Assembly: GCA_040954595.2 (NCBI GenBank)
Contig: CM082578.2
Coordinates: 5,004,831 to 5,068,830 of the forward strand
From: Balanoglossus misakiensis
Taxonomy: Eukaryota > Animalia > Hemichordata
Direction: 5' to 3'
Length of the DNA: 64,000 nucleotides
Notes under the pieces: model-generated
The model's input: only the letters and a program-made list of their open reading frames with translations
Told to the model about the DNA's origin: nothing
The model's database searches: none
Program-made: the position numbers and the translations under genes
In this document: in pieces, positions 1 through 12,300 of the stretch
How positions within the stretch are numbered: the stretch's first letter is position 1
Layout of the letters: every line of letters starts with the position of its first letter

Positions 1-1648
1 GCATTGATGCCCCAGTTGCTGCTTCAGTGTCTCAGTAAATGTACCAAAGCCCAGCGTGCGTATGGGCGCCAAATTATATACTACTAATTTAAGGGAAACC
101 TGTCAAAATAAATGAAGGTGTACGCCTACAGTACAAGCAGGGACCACGTTCTCTGATGCACAGATCTTGAGAAATATACAAAAGGAGGCAGAAACAGAAG
201 CCTGTTGATGTTTCAAGACAAACTTTGTAATGAATCTCGCGAGATTCTTAGCAGTGTATTTCTCAACACAGGTGGCGCTATGCACACTCTCACCAACAAT
301 ATTCAGAGATAAAAAGACGTGTATTAGTATGTGCGACAACTTCAGTCACACAAAATATATTCATAAAAAATATATCATGTTCACAAATCTATCTATCTCT
401 CTTCTGGTGAATCTTTTAATATTTGAGTGTGCCTTCAACAATCCATACATCCACCGTAGAATTATTTGCATATTTGCGCATATTTGCATCATTTTATCAT
501 CAATTTTGTACGATAACATTGACAACAGTACTGTGATGGGGATATAGTCTGACGAGTAATCTTCCATCGCAGTTTCAATCCGAATGATGAGGCGCCCTCG
601 CCGTCCGCTTCAAAAATGCAAGACTGTATTTTGTGTTAATCACCCAATAGCCATGAAGGATACTCGATTAGTCCGATTTTGTGGTAACTTGACTAAACTC
701 GAAACGCCGTTTCTACGAAAACACTGCATGGAACAACAACGGGCGTCTAAAATTACATCTCACGTTTTAAAATCACATTTTAGTTAATGACGGCTATGAA
801 AAGAGCATATTCTAGGCTACAAACGTGTATGAGTATGTTATGTACAGCCATGACATTTTATGATTTCAAGATTCCCTTATTCGACCAACCATATAATAAT
901 ATTGAATGGAGTAGCCAAGTAGCTAACCTCTCTATATTTGTATACAAGGGCCATGAATTAAAAGCCGCTATAGCCATTGACACTGTTTGCAAGGTTTTGC
1001 CAAAGTACACGCACACGTTTTTGCAAAGAAAATTAAACATAACTTTTCTTTTCAAGAATTAATGAACCTTACTGTCCTCACAAGCCACCTTCATGCAAAT
1101 TATTAATTATGTAAAAAAGATAATCCAGTCTTGGGTATATTACAAAAAGCATACCAAATGAAATAGAGTCTTGTTGGGATTTCAGTATTTGTATAATCGA
1201 AATGAAGATATGTGTGTTGGCCGATGCGCCCTTTTTTCGAACTCCCCGAGACTCTGCGAGATGTCGCGCGACTGGACAGTTTATATGGGGCGATATTCTC
1301 GTGTGACACAGGACAAACGACGCAACTGGCCAATCGTGTTACACGACACAGTAATTACAATTCTTGTTAAACTCTGTATATATTTTAGTATCGTACAATG
1401 CTTGGCTTTTATATTACTTAGCTGGCAACCCCTTTGCTACGGCAAATAATTAAGTTTCGCGAGACCGACGCGCAATGACCGGAGATTCATCTATCGTCAA
1501 ATGCAGAGACTTCGGGAATGACAGTGTGCGTTAGGCCAAAAGCTAAATTCGTCGCCATTATACAAGACAAAAGTTAGTGTGGTCGCACAGTTGATAAATT
1601 CGTTTTTATAATCATTCTCGTGAATTTCCTGCTGAATTTTTGCTGCAG

Positions 1649-2381
1649 GGGACGAGGGATGCCCTTTGATCACTGAATACTTCGAACAGGTACTACTCAA
1701 ACAAGACGCTGAAATTAGACTCATTTGACTTTCAAAATTCAAAATTCCAATTATTATCCGACTAGTTTCGTTTCTGAACTTTCATCGACGATTAAATTAT
1801 CGAGACTAATGGGATACAACGGTCGCTTATAGGTTTACTTATAAATATTGGGATATACTAGAAGACGACTCTAATATCCCATTATACCCGGATACTGATT
1901 TCGTTGCCATGACAACGATCTCATTTTCTTGTAATACTGACACAGAAATTACATGTATGCAATCATTTTTTTTCTTCCTCGGCTTGGAATCATATTATGA
2001 CTGGCGGAATAAAGGTTAATCTGTATTTCATGTCACTGTTGATACAATCAAACTATCATTAATACACAAATGTCGTTTTAGACGGCGCGGATTGAGAAAG
2101 AGTATAGATGGCCTTCCCCGGTGGTACAGGTACAGCAACTGCGTCGATGTAGCTACGATCGCAGAGGGCGGTATATTGAAGGCGATATTCGCTACGAAGA
2201 GGTTGACCGTGGCGAGCCTTGTTTAAACCGCCGACGCACGACAATAATAACCGCATCGGCTGTGCCCAGAACGAAAACAGGAGTGACGTGTCTTCAGGGA
2301 CAATATCAACATCACCGCGTGCTTGTGAATGGAAAGAGTAGAGATAGAACGGTCAGAAGGGGTTGCGGTACTTCTTGTTGA
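1649..2381 (+). CDS. 3' exons of a putative cystine-knot growth factor/cytokine (Spaetzle/neurotrophin-like)
   Basis: Exon 1649-1689 (tgctgcag|...cag|gtac) splices in phase 0 to terminal exon 2082-2381 (ttttag|...TGA). This gives DEGCPLITEYFEQ-TARIEKEYRWPSPVVQVQQLRRC...GEPC...VTCLQGQYQHHRVLVNGKSRDRTVRRGCGTSC*. It has six Cys and a C-x-Q-x2-Y-x2-HR-hydrophobic segment like Spaetzle-family knots. A tentative upstream exon ~1251-1350 (phase-1 donor gtaatt) adds RVTR. Start not resolved. Confidence 0.6.
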
Positions 2382-2745
2382 AGAAGCCCCAGACGTGTGC
2401 CAATCAACTTTGTCGCCTTGCTTCAAACATTCTGATTGACTATGAGTCTGTCAGATAAACGAAACTATTTGAAATAATCAGGATTACAACACGACGCGAA
2501 AACATTGATTTATGAGAAAGTACTCCGGTTGATCATGAGTGCAGGTCACAGCGTGACGATCCCTTTTCAAAAGGGTTCACCTGCCATTAGACGAGGTCAA
2601 TTGCGGAGGTCAGTCATACGGGTTTAATCCCATTGACAGCCACATTCCACTTAAGGGTTGGACATATGAATATGTGCTTTACAGAATTTTTTTTTCGGTC
2701 AATGATTAAAGTTATAACCCCCCCCCCCCCATGTGAATATATAAT

Positions 2746-2800
2746 GTGTGTGCGTGCGTGCATGTGTGTGTACGTGCGTGTGTGTGTGTGTGTGTGTGTG
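2746..2800. repeat. (TG)n microsatellite with TGCG variants
   Basis: Directly visible dinucleotide run. Confidence 0.95.
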
Positions 2801-4171
2801 ATATAACACAATCTATATAATTCTCTGTCATAAAACATTATGAATAATGAAATAATGTAAACGTTTATGTATGTATCATCTCCACATCTCCCCGATGTAA
2901 ATTTCCAATTTTCTGCGTCAGCGTATCTTGATTTGTTTTCAGAACATCGCTGACACGGTTATCAATCCCAGTCATCTTAAAGTAGCCATGGCAACCAGTA
3001 CATGATGTGACTGCAAGCGGTGGTGGTAACAAATTTGTTATTTTGCATGTTTGTGTAAGAGTGAATAACGCGGAGTTCGGTGTTTCCAAAAGCTTGGCTG
3101 ATTTTCCGGTGTTTTATTCGTTGAATCGTGTGAGGGGACTTCGATGGTTGCCTTTATAGACGCCTCCCCTTTGAAACCATCGCTGCGTATATAGTTTCAA
3201 AGTGTAAACTGGTGCTTCAACTGATGTCCTTGTCTTACCAAGTCTCTCCTTTCCAAGTCCCACTCCAATTTCAGATTATCTCCACAACGTTAAACCGATC
3301 TGGCGGGGACGAAAGAAACACCCAGTGTCACAGCATAAAAGACATTTGATCGCCCATGCACAAGCCCCACCTCACCATCGTCGGGGCATCACGTCAGTCC
3401 TGGTCAACTTAAACGTGGGTGTCGATTAAAACCTCATCTCTTGATGAATCGGTTGATAAATACATTGATATTGCGCAGTCAAAAACGAATTTCAACTCAA
3501 ATTCCAAGTGTACGCATGGGAATTATACATGAACTGCTGATTGATTGCCATCTCTTCAAGACAAGCAGTTATTTTGGTGCATCCCGTCGTAGCCTTAATT
3601 GTTACATTATCGTTGTCGATATTTGTAGGACATATAATCTTAAGCTTGATTGTCGTGAATGGGTTATTAATGTCGAATTAAGCGCACGACAACATGCTGA
3701 TACTGCATATTGGATAACACTAAACAGTCTATGCTTTTCAACAAATGAAAATACCAAATCTGTCTGCACTTCTGAGTATATATGGAAAAAGGACGGAACA
3801 CAAAGTAGAATGAGCATTTCAGGTTTAGTTTTGGTTTTATTTTATTTTGTGTTGAACATGTGTGGTGTGTTTTTGTGTTAGTAACAAACATTGATTTTAC
3901 GATATCTGTGAGAAAGTCGACATTTTATGACTAATGCAATATTCTAAACGAATAAACATAGCGCCAACACTTATAGAAACGTCTTGATTGGAAGCGCGCT
4001 CACCACACGTTTAGATTTAATATCATTCATTTTGATTGAATAATTCAACATGAACTCTGTCAGTCCCAATACACAACAGAGTCACTCGTGTCTTCTGCTT
4101 GCCATATTAAATCTGCACCATTGCCTTTGAAGCGCCTTCATTTGTTAGCGAGCAGGTTGATCTCATCTTTT

Positions 4172-4213
4172 TCCTCCTCCTCCTTCTCCTCCTCCTCCTC
4201 CTCCTCCTCCTCC

Positions 4214-4279
<66 letters not shown>

Positions 4280-4280
4280 A

Positions 4281-4323
<43 letters not shown>

Positions 4324-4360
4324 GACATCGTCGTCGTCATCATCATCATCATCATCATCA
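4172..4360. repeat. compound (TCC)n(TCA)n trinucleotide microsatellite
   Basis: Directly visible; source of the poly-S/poly-M ORFs. Confidence 0.97.
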
Positions 4361-4494
4361 CAAAAGAGACATATTTAAGTGTTGACTTGCTTTAATTTGA
4401 TTAGATGTTTCAATTTTCAAATTATTGGAGAGAGGCCAGCCAGCATCACGACAATACGGAAGAGGGTTTCTGATGTGGAACACCTAAGCTACCA

Positions 4495-4570
4495 TTAAAG
4501 GGACAAAGTCTCTCTCGTTTTGCCTTTTTTTCAATAATTTTGATTCATTCAAGACACTGTGTATGTAATT
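4495..4570 (+). mobile_element. solo end of Kolobok-type MITE family
   Basis: TTAA+AGGGACAAAGTCTCTCTCG...caagacactgt matches the TIR of the complete element at 8995-9341; no partner end seen. Confidence 0.7.
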
Positions 4571-7500
4571 TTAGCCCTTGACAATACAATTCGGTCGATG
4601 AAACACAAATGAAAAAACAAAGTGAATCAGTGGAATCTAATATAGGAATTAAACATATAAGGAAATGTATAAAGGAGGACTTTACATTTCCAATCTACAT
4701 CTACTAAATCAGTTCTATTAATATGTAAATGTCAGAAAACCACTTCAACGGCAATATCTTTCCAACGGCCATACATGTATCTGTGTAGTTGTCTGTGGCC
4801 TCCGCATTTGACCTCCAACGGAAAAGGCATAATCAGATTTGCAAAGAATAGAACTAAATGCAAATAACACAAACTTCAATAGCCTAATATATATAAAACC
4901 CAATTAACTCTCCATGCAAATCGCGCCTGAACGTGCAGGTTCATCACACGCTCACGCTGATCACCATTGCAAGAATGACGTCCAGGGGTCAACCGCGCCT
5001 CCGACGGTGAAGATGATAATGACACGTTCAGTCATGATGAAAAGCGGGTAATACCTTCGCGTAGCGCGTTGCCCACAGACAGAGATATAAGGCAAAGCAA
5101 GATATTCTGAAACGTTGGCAAAGACGTGTTCGTGTCTAAATCGCACGCGTCTGGCCGTCCTGTCGCGGGGGATCATCTTCATTTGTTGTGAACATATACA
5201 TGTGTGTTCAAGGAATCGCAACCTGCCCAAAAATCCAACGGTACCTGCCTGACAACGTATTGATCTGCCGATGGGCCGTGAAGATACGTGCAGCCCTGGT
5301 GTGTTATGCTTCATATTCGAGGTATATTTAAGATAGCGTCTTGTTTATTTCGGGTTATGTCGTCTAGGTATTTGTCTTCTACCTTCCCTCCTTCCTTCCT
5401 TCCTTCCTTCCTTCATTTCTATATTTCTTTGTACTCGTGTCTCTAATTATTCACTATGACACAATCGGACTGTCGATGGGCGGTTTTCCATCACGAGCAC
5501 AGTCACAGAGGGCTTGCCGAATTCGTCGATGAATAAACCATCAGGCAGCTGAGGATGGTGTGAGTCTTGCACCGTGGACTGACACGGTGTCACACCCATT
5601 CATCATTTAGGCATTGCGAGCGGTGTCACCTGTCGACGGCTTGATGACAAGGACTGTTTCTAGTGTGTAGTCGGTGTTTACACATGACTCTTGTGTAAGT
5701 ATCCACAAACGGCAATGTTCTCAGATCAACAGCGCTATTAAATCAAGCTCACGTTTGACGTCCTCCTCCAGGGTAACGTCAATTCGTTATCCATTCTTCG
5801 CAGGCAATCAGCGTTTCGGGCTTGCAACTTGTTTTCCTTGATTGAATCATTTATAGCGACAACGTGTCCAGAATTTTGTTTTTGCATCGCCAGCGCTGCT
5901 CTCGTCTATTAAGATTATCGCGGCGTACCGACAGCTTTGTGCCTGGCGACAAGGCTACTAAACATTTCAGAAATGAACGCGGTAGTCGTAAGCTTTAAGG
6001 TGTACGGGCATCGATAAAGACGCAGAATTAGTTTTCGTAGGAAAGTTGATGGCGGCATGACAAGAAATGATAATGCTCAGTTTAAAAAAGGTAATAATGA
6101 TTGAAGTTATTCTCGAAAGCCTGTGGGTATAAATTTAAGGTATAATAGGTAATGTTTTGCATGCACGATGTGGCCCGCACACAATGTAGGTGTTCAATCT
6201 ATCCTGTCGGTTTAAAAAACACACCAATTATAAAAATGGTACAAGATTGAAAAAATTGAGTGACGAAGGTCAGTTTTAATTAAACCGAAAATGGATCAGT
6301 TTAGACCAAATATTTATATCCAGTGTTGAAAATCTTGCGCCTTCAATCGACGCCATTTAACTTAGATATACTAAGCCGTAAGATATGCGAACAATTACCA
6401 TCCGTCAACTGCCCGTTGGCTGTTTTCCCTAATTTGTTTTGCTCCGTGTATCAACTGAAGTTTCTTGTCCGACTCGCATTTGGCTGATCACCACAGACTG
6501 TAAACTACAGCAATGGTCATTACACTTTTACGGGCTATGTGAACAGCCGTAGGAATTCGAACAATAGTTAATTGATGCAGAAAATAAACATATCGGATTG
6601 TACAGTTTGAGCCGTCTTGTCACATACGGTTATTTTCATGATTTTAAATATAAAATTAAATTTATTCTTTTTCTAATCATTGCAGTCAATAAGAGATACA
6701 TATCTACTGACTGCGCAAGAAAATTATTAGTTAATGTGAGTGTACAATAACATCATGTGAAAACCGAATTTGCTAAAGCTCTATGTAAAACAACATATCA
6801 TTAGCTGACCTTTCTTTGTTAAGTCGCATATACCACACTATACGATGATAAAATTTACTGTTTTAAGTTATTAAAGTGATTATGTAGTACCAATAACCTG
6901 TTAGTTGTGGTGCACAATCATGAGTTGGCAGTTATAATCTGAATATGCCTGTAATTATATAAGTAGCCAGTGCGATGAGAACGTGTGAACACCGAGGATG
7001 AAGATTTTGTCGCCAGAAAGATGAAAGTCAGGGCATTGATGCTGGCTAGATCAACACGGTGTGTTAATACCTTGTGAAGGGATATAAATCCATAGAAATG
7101 CGACTACGTGTTTTTTAGCGAATAAGTCAATTTCACAGCGATTTATCATTGTTTATTCATTGGAAATACCGCGCCTATATCATTCAGCTTTGTACAGAAC
7201 AAACATATGCAGTCGCCTACTTCTGCAATTTTATCGCACACTGCAATTTTGTCGACAATGTATTGTACCTATACATAATAATTTTGCTTCGATTTTGAAC
7301 TAAATGTTGTCCCCTGTTGCTTAGTTGTTTTCCTTGAAAGCAATATGTATAGTTTGGGAACATACAGCTTACGGAAACTTTACGAAGAAATGATTACAAT
7401 TTCCGGATTCGACGCCGACTTAGTTTCGTCATCGACGCTTCCCAGAAGTCTGTAGCATGCTGCATTTCTCGGCCGGCGTCAACCTTTCTATCGAATTTCA

Positions 7501-8994
7501 AGACTGTGTGGGTTTATAGCTGTATTTTCTCACTGTTTCGGAGGATCGTGACCAAGGATTATTTCTCTTCGTCGGTGTTGGTGCTGGGAATCAGCACTGA
7601 TAGATTTGGGCGTACGCCGGGTGTATCGAGGATTAATCTATTTGCATATCAATGAACCGCTGAGCCTCGGAAGACGTCATACGATCGACGCGGGCTTCAC
7701 TGTCTCACAAATTTGAGTTTCTGCCCGCGTATTGTTACCGGCTACATGCAGCTTGATCAAGCGAAATTTGATCGACTATACCTTGAGGGTCTTAATCTCG
7801 CAGCTTTGAGCCGCCGTGTGAATGGAATGCAAAGGTGCCCCCAATCCCCAGAGTGCAGGTGAGAAGAAAAAGAAACAGTTGAGAGAAAGCCGAAACGACT
7901 TTATTATTCGTGTTAGGTAAAAATGAAAATTTAAATTTTTCATTATCTCTCCTGGGTGTCAGTGACGTTTTCCTTTAAACGACGCCATGAAAGACGTCGC
8001 TGCGCGAGCTGTGCTTATAAGTTGGTTTGAAAGGCGCTTTTTCTGTCACGTGTCGAATTATCCAACAGACACATCAGCATATTTACAAGACTTGGATCAA
8101 TTAAATTTGTGAACCGCGTAATATGGGCATTAGTCCACGCTGTGCCTGCGCTGAATAATACGATCTGACACTCCCATGAACAATCAAAATGGAGCTGACC
8201 GTCTTCGGATTTGAGGCTCATTTCCTCGGGCACACGCGATCAAGAGAACGCAATATCCTCCGTGTATGATATTTCATCAATTTGACGTGATCAGAGGAAG
8301 TAACGCGTGACTGACACGATGTCTTTTATTTGCTGGCGTCTGTTGTCACTAGTCGTGACATATGTCCGCTGAGTTCAACACGATGTCGTGAGAATCCCGT
8401 CCCTACATGCATGTATAGGTAGAACCACAGTCAAATTCAACACATCCAAAGAATACACTCTCAATTGTGTAGATTGTCATCAGTCCTTGTGTAGCAATGT
8501 CAATAATGAAGCCATTTTAGGTGAATGTGGTTTGTGCCCTATGAGCTGTGCAGACAACGACTGAAAGATGTGTATCTTGTGGTTCGTGGCCTTTTAACAA
8601 TACGGACCATTCTCTGAACCTATAAGCTTGTCACGAATCAGAAGAAGCGAGGAAAAATCATTTGGCTACAGCAGGTTTAGGATTAGGATTAGATTACGTC
8701 AGTCCGTGTGGTCCATGCGTCCTACATCGTGAATGTATTAAAGTTGTTGACAGCATTTTGCTCGCCGAATGTCTCCTGGAACACGCAGATACGTTTCACC
8801 TCTTATACATTCAAAGAGCTGTTAGCCACCAAAGAACATGTTGTGTTTATAATGTCCTAACAGTATCCCTTCATTAAACCGTAGACAGTACCGTGATCAT
8901 ACACTGGCATCATGTCAACTGCGAGCGAGCCGTTGATGTTCACGCAAACGATTTATTTTGCTATTTAAATGCATAAAATGAGCCCCTCAATTAA

Positions 8995-9341
8995 AGGGAC
9001 AAAGTCTCTCTCTCGCTGCCCTTTTTTCCATAATTATATTTGATACAAGACACCGTTTGTTATTATACATGTAGATATATAGTGAATGAACGTTCAGCCA
9101 CACACAACTTCCGTCCCACTTGTAGACACGAGAGTGAAAATACTCGCCAAAATGAATAATCGTTCTTTACCATTTATTCATTTTGGGCGAGTTTTTACTC
9201 TCATATCATACAAGCGGGATGGAAGTTTTGTGTGGTTGATCATTGATTCACTATATATCCAAATGTACATTAACATAAACAGTGTCTTCTATCAAACATA
9301 ATTAATGGAAAAAAGGACAGCGAGAGAGAGACTTTGTCCCT
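8995..9341 (+). mobile_element. non-autonomous TIR element (MITE), TTAA TSD, Kolobok-like
   Basis: TTAA (8991-8994) AGGGACAAAGTCTCTCTCTCGCTG ... CAGCGAGAGAGAGACTTTGTCCCT TTAA (9342-9345). Imperfect inverted repeats extend >100 bp. Superfamily inferred from TTAA TSD plus AG...CT termini. Confidence 0.85.
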
Positions 9342-12300
9342 TTAAATTCTGGTATTGTATATGTTGTAACAGAAGAAAATATTAAATCCATAATACCTTA
9401 ATGGCACTTGGATTAGCGAATTAGAAAATGTCTCTGATCCCCACTTTACACAGTCTAGAAGTTTTAAAGTCTTAGTGAATCTTCCCGGGATCGCTGCAAT
9501 TTACATGACTTGTATCTAATATTTCCTCACACTACTGCGTGGTGTCTTCACCAGGTGTATTGCAATGAACTGCGCATGCGGATCATGATTTATGGAATCG
9601 CTGGGTCGGTCACCAGGATCGGCCACCACGCTGGGAACTCACAATCAAATTGATACTTATGTCGTGATGATGTACTAGCTTGGGGAAACGAGTATACGAT
9701 CGGTGAATGTAAATTGGGGGAACTCTTTTCTCCGTGTATTGCACGATTGCCAAGTTTGTTTGTACACTCCCAGCAGAGCGAGCGGACTCTGAAACAAGTC
9801 CCATTAAGAGGTCTCGCCAGAGGATAATGCTATACCAACGCGCGAGGCCATGCCAGTTTGGCAATTATGAAATAAATGACGAACTATTATTAAGTAAAAT
9901 ATGCAGTAGAGCTCGTTCTGATTCACGCCATCACCGAATGAATCTTTGAGAATTTTATTCACTAGTTGTACATGTATGTAAAGTGCGTGGAACCTCACCG
10001 CATCCACATGAAAAATCAAGTGTCTGCTAATGATGTAAAATATACACGGCCTGGTAATCGATTTATAAATATTGACTCAGAACTCAGTTCGCTGATCTCT
10101 CCCCACTTTGTTTCCCATTTTCACAATTTTTTTTTGTATTTAAAATATTTTATTGGGTAACTAGTGTACTTGTATTTTCCTTTGTAATCAATTATCGCAA
10201 AATAACAATAAAGGAGACCACTTTTTCAAATGCAGTGTCATCTTCTCATTCTTTTTTGCAATGAAAATTTCAATCTGATAAATCCGTTTTATGAAGGATA
10301 CCAATCGTGCAAAGATGGCATAGAACCATTCATTTTACAAGCGCCCTGACGGGGCTACCACGGGTTTGGCAACTGTAGACGTTGCAACCATGGGCGTACG
10401 CTAATGTATACAATGTATACTGAAGATGTGCTCTTTAATTGATGCTATTTAAATACATGTACATGTAGATGTGAATTGTGTGGCTATAGGTACATATACC
10501 CTGGTGTGACCGCCACTGTGACGCAACCTTGACCCGATAGGGCTGTCTTTGACCTCGGTGGAAGGGATTGTGCTTGGACACAGATTCAACTGTCATTGGG
10601 TCACAGCAGACTAAGTGCTAGACTATTGACAGCCAATTTTGCCGTTTGCCTTGTGTTTCGCGTATTATTGTTATATTTTGTGCGAAGTTCATATACCTGG
10701 CACAAGCGACTGTTTGGCATTCGGACTTGATTTTACGGAGATATGATGTTAAGGTTATGGGAGTGGTCAGACACCGATATAGCTGTCGATATTAATTTTT
10801 CTCTGAAAGTCTTTCAAATCAGAATATCGGAGTTTCTGCAAGGCGGTTACTAGTGCGTTGTATATGAGTGACGTTTAACACATTCCGAGGAACTCTTAGT
10901 CAAGCTCGTTGACCTGCCAATCACTCCGGTGCGGGCGCAGCATCAAGGCATGTAACAGTCGCTCTCACGTCGCAGCCTCTATGTCACTCATTCGCTGCTC
11001 TGCTGTGACGTCAATGAAACACTGATTTCACGCGGAACTCGCCTATGATCTGATGATAGTGTCTGCATCGCTAATTCATAGACAAAGAAGGCGTGGCAGT
11101 CTGCCTCAATACTTGGCCAGTTTTATTATGAACAACACTAGGCTAACACCAGTTGATCACCAACTACAGTTTGACGGCTTTATGATGGATATATTGATGT
11201 TGTTTTAATCAGGACTAATTTCTTGGTTCTGTTTCTCAGTCTTTCATGTGTCACATTTTCAGTCGTCTGTGATCAATCCTTAGACTAATATTGCTCCAGA
11301 ATGACGTAATATGCAAAACCAGTAAAGGGGTCTTGAAACTAGGGGAATAAATGGTGTGTTTTGTCAAGCAGTCTCGTAATTTGCTCATTTTGTTTGCAGT
11401 GTCCGAATCTATGGTGCATTCAAATAGGGCGTAGGTCTAGAGTAAACAACACGTAAATAAGTCACTCACTCAGTCAGTCAGGCAGTCAGTCTGCCTGTCC
11501 GGTATGTTTGTCTGTCTGTCTACGTCTGTCTGACTGTCGATCGATCGGTCGGTCAGTCAAAACCCCAAAACTAACTTCCAGTATATTGGCCTGAGATTAG
11601 CCTATAAAATTAATTTGGTGTATATATATCCTGTAAAAACATCTATACATTTATCCTATTGAGCTGCAATTTTCTATTTTAGTGATTTTTGTCACCCTCT
11701 TCATTTTATTTGGCCGACAAATCTTTCGATTGCTTTTATATTTGGTGTTGTTTTTTACCATATTTTTCTAAACTATATTCCTGATAATAACGTGTGAAAT
11801 TTGGTTTGCAATATTCTAGGGTGTTTCCGAGTTTGGTCAAAAACACATTTTTTTCAGGAATGTCTCGGCCAATTTCTTCGTAATTTGATGTTCAGGATAA
11901 TGGGACAACGACGACGTGAAATTGCCACATACCACAGTGACTCATCAATAAAAACGCGCTGTCAGTTCTATTCTTTTTGCTTCTTCAAATTTTCAGTTCT
12001 GTATTCCATTCATGACTCGAAAGAAATAATGTTTGTCCTCTTTCGTTTTCTGTACTCCACAGGCCACAGCAATAAACGGCAATTCAGAAGAACTGAGTTT
12101 ACTGGGAAACTTTACCACCACCACGTTAGATCCTTTCCAGGTAATCGCAGTCATGTCCGGTGGTGGCCATTCATGTCACGTCTGTCCACGCGTGTGACGG
12201 TCAGAAGCCTTTTTTCGGGTGAACTTTGACACGATTGATGACGTCATACCTTCAGGACTCCGGCGTTCATTGCCCTATTTATAAAAAAAGGTGTGTCATA

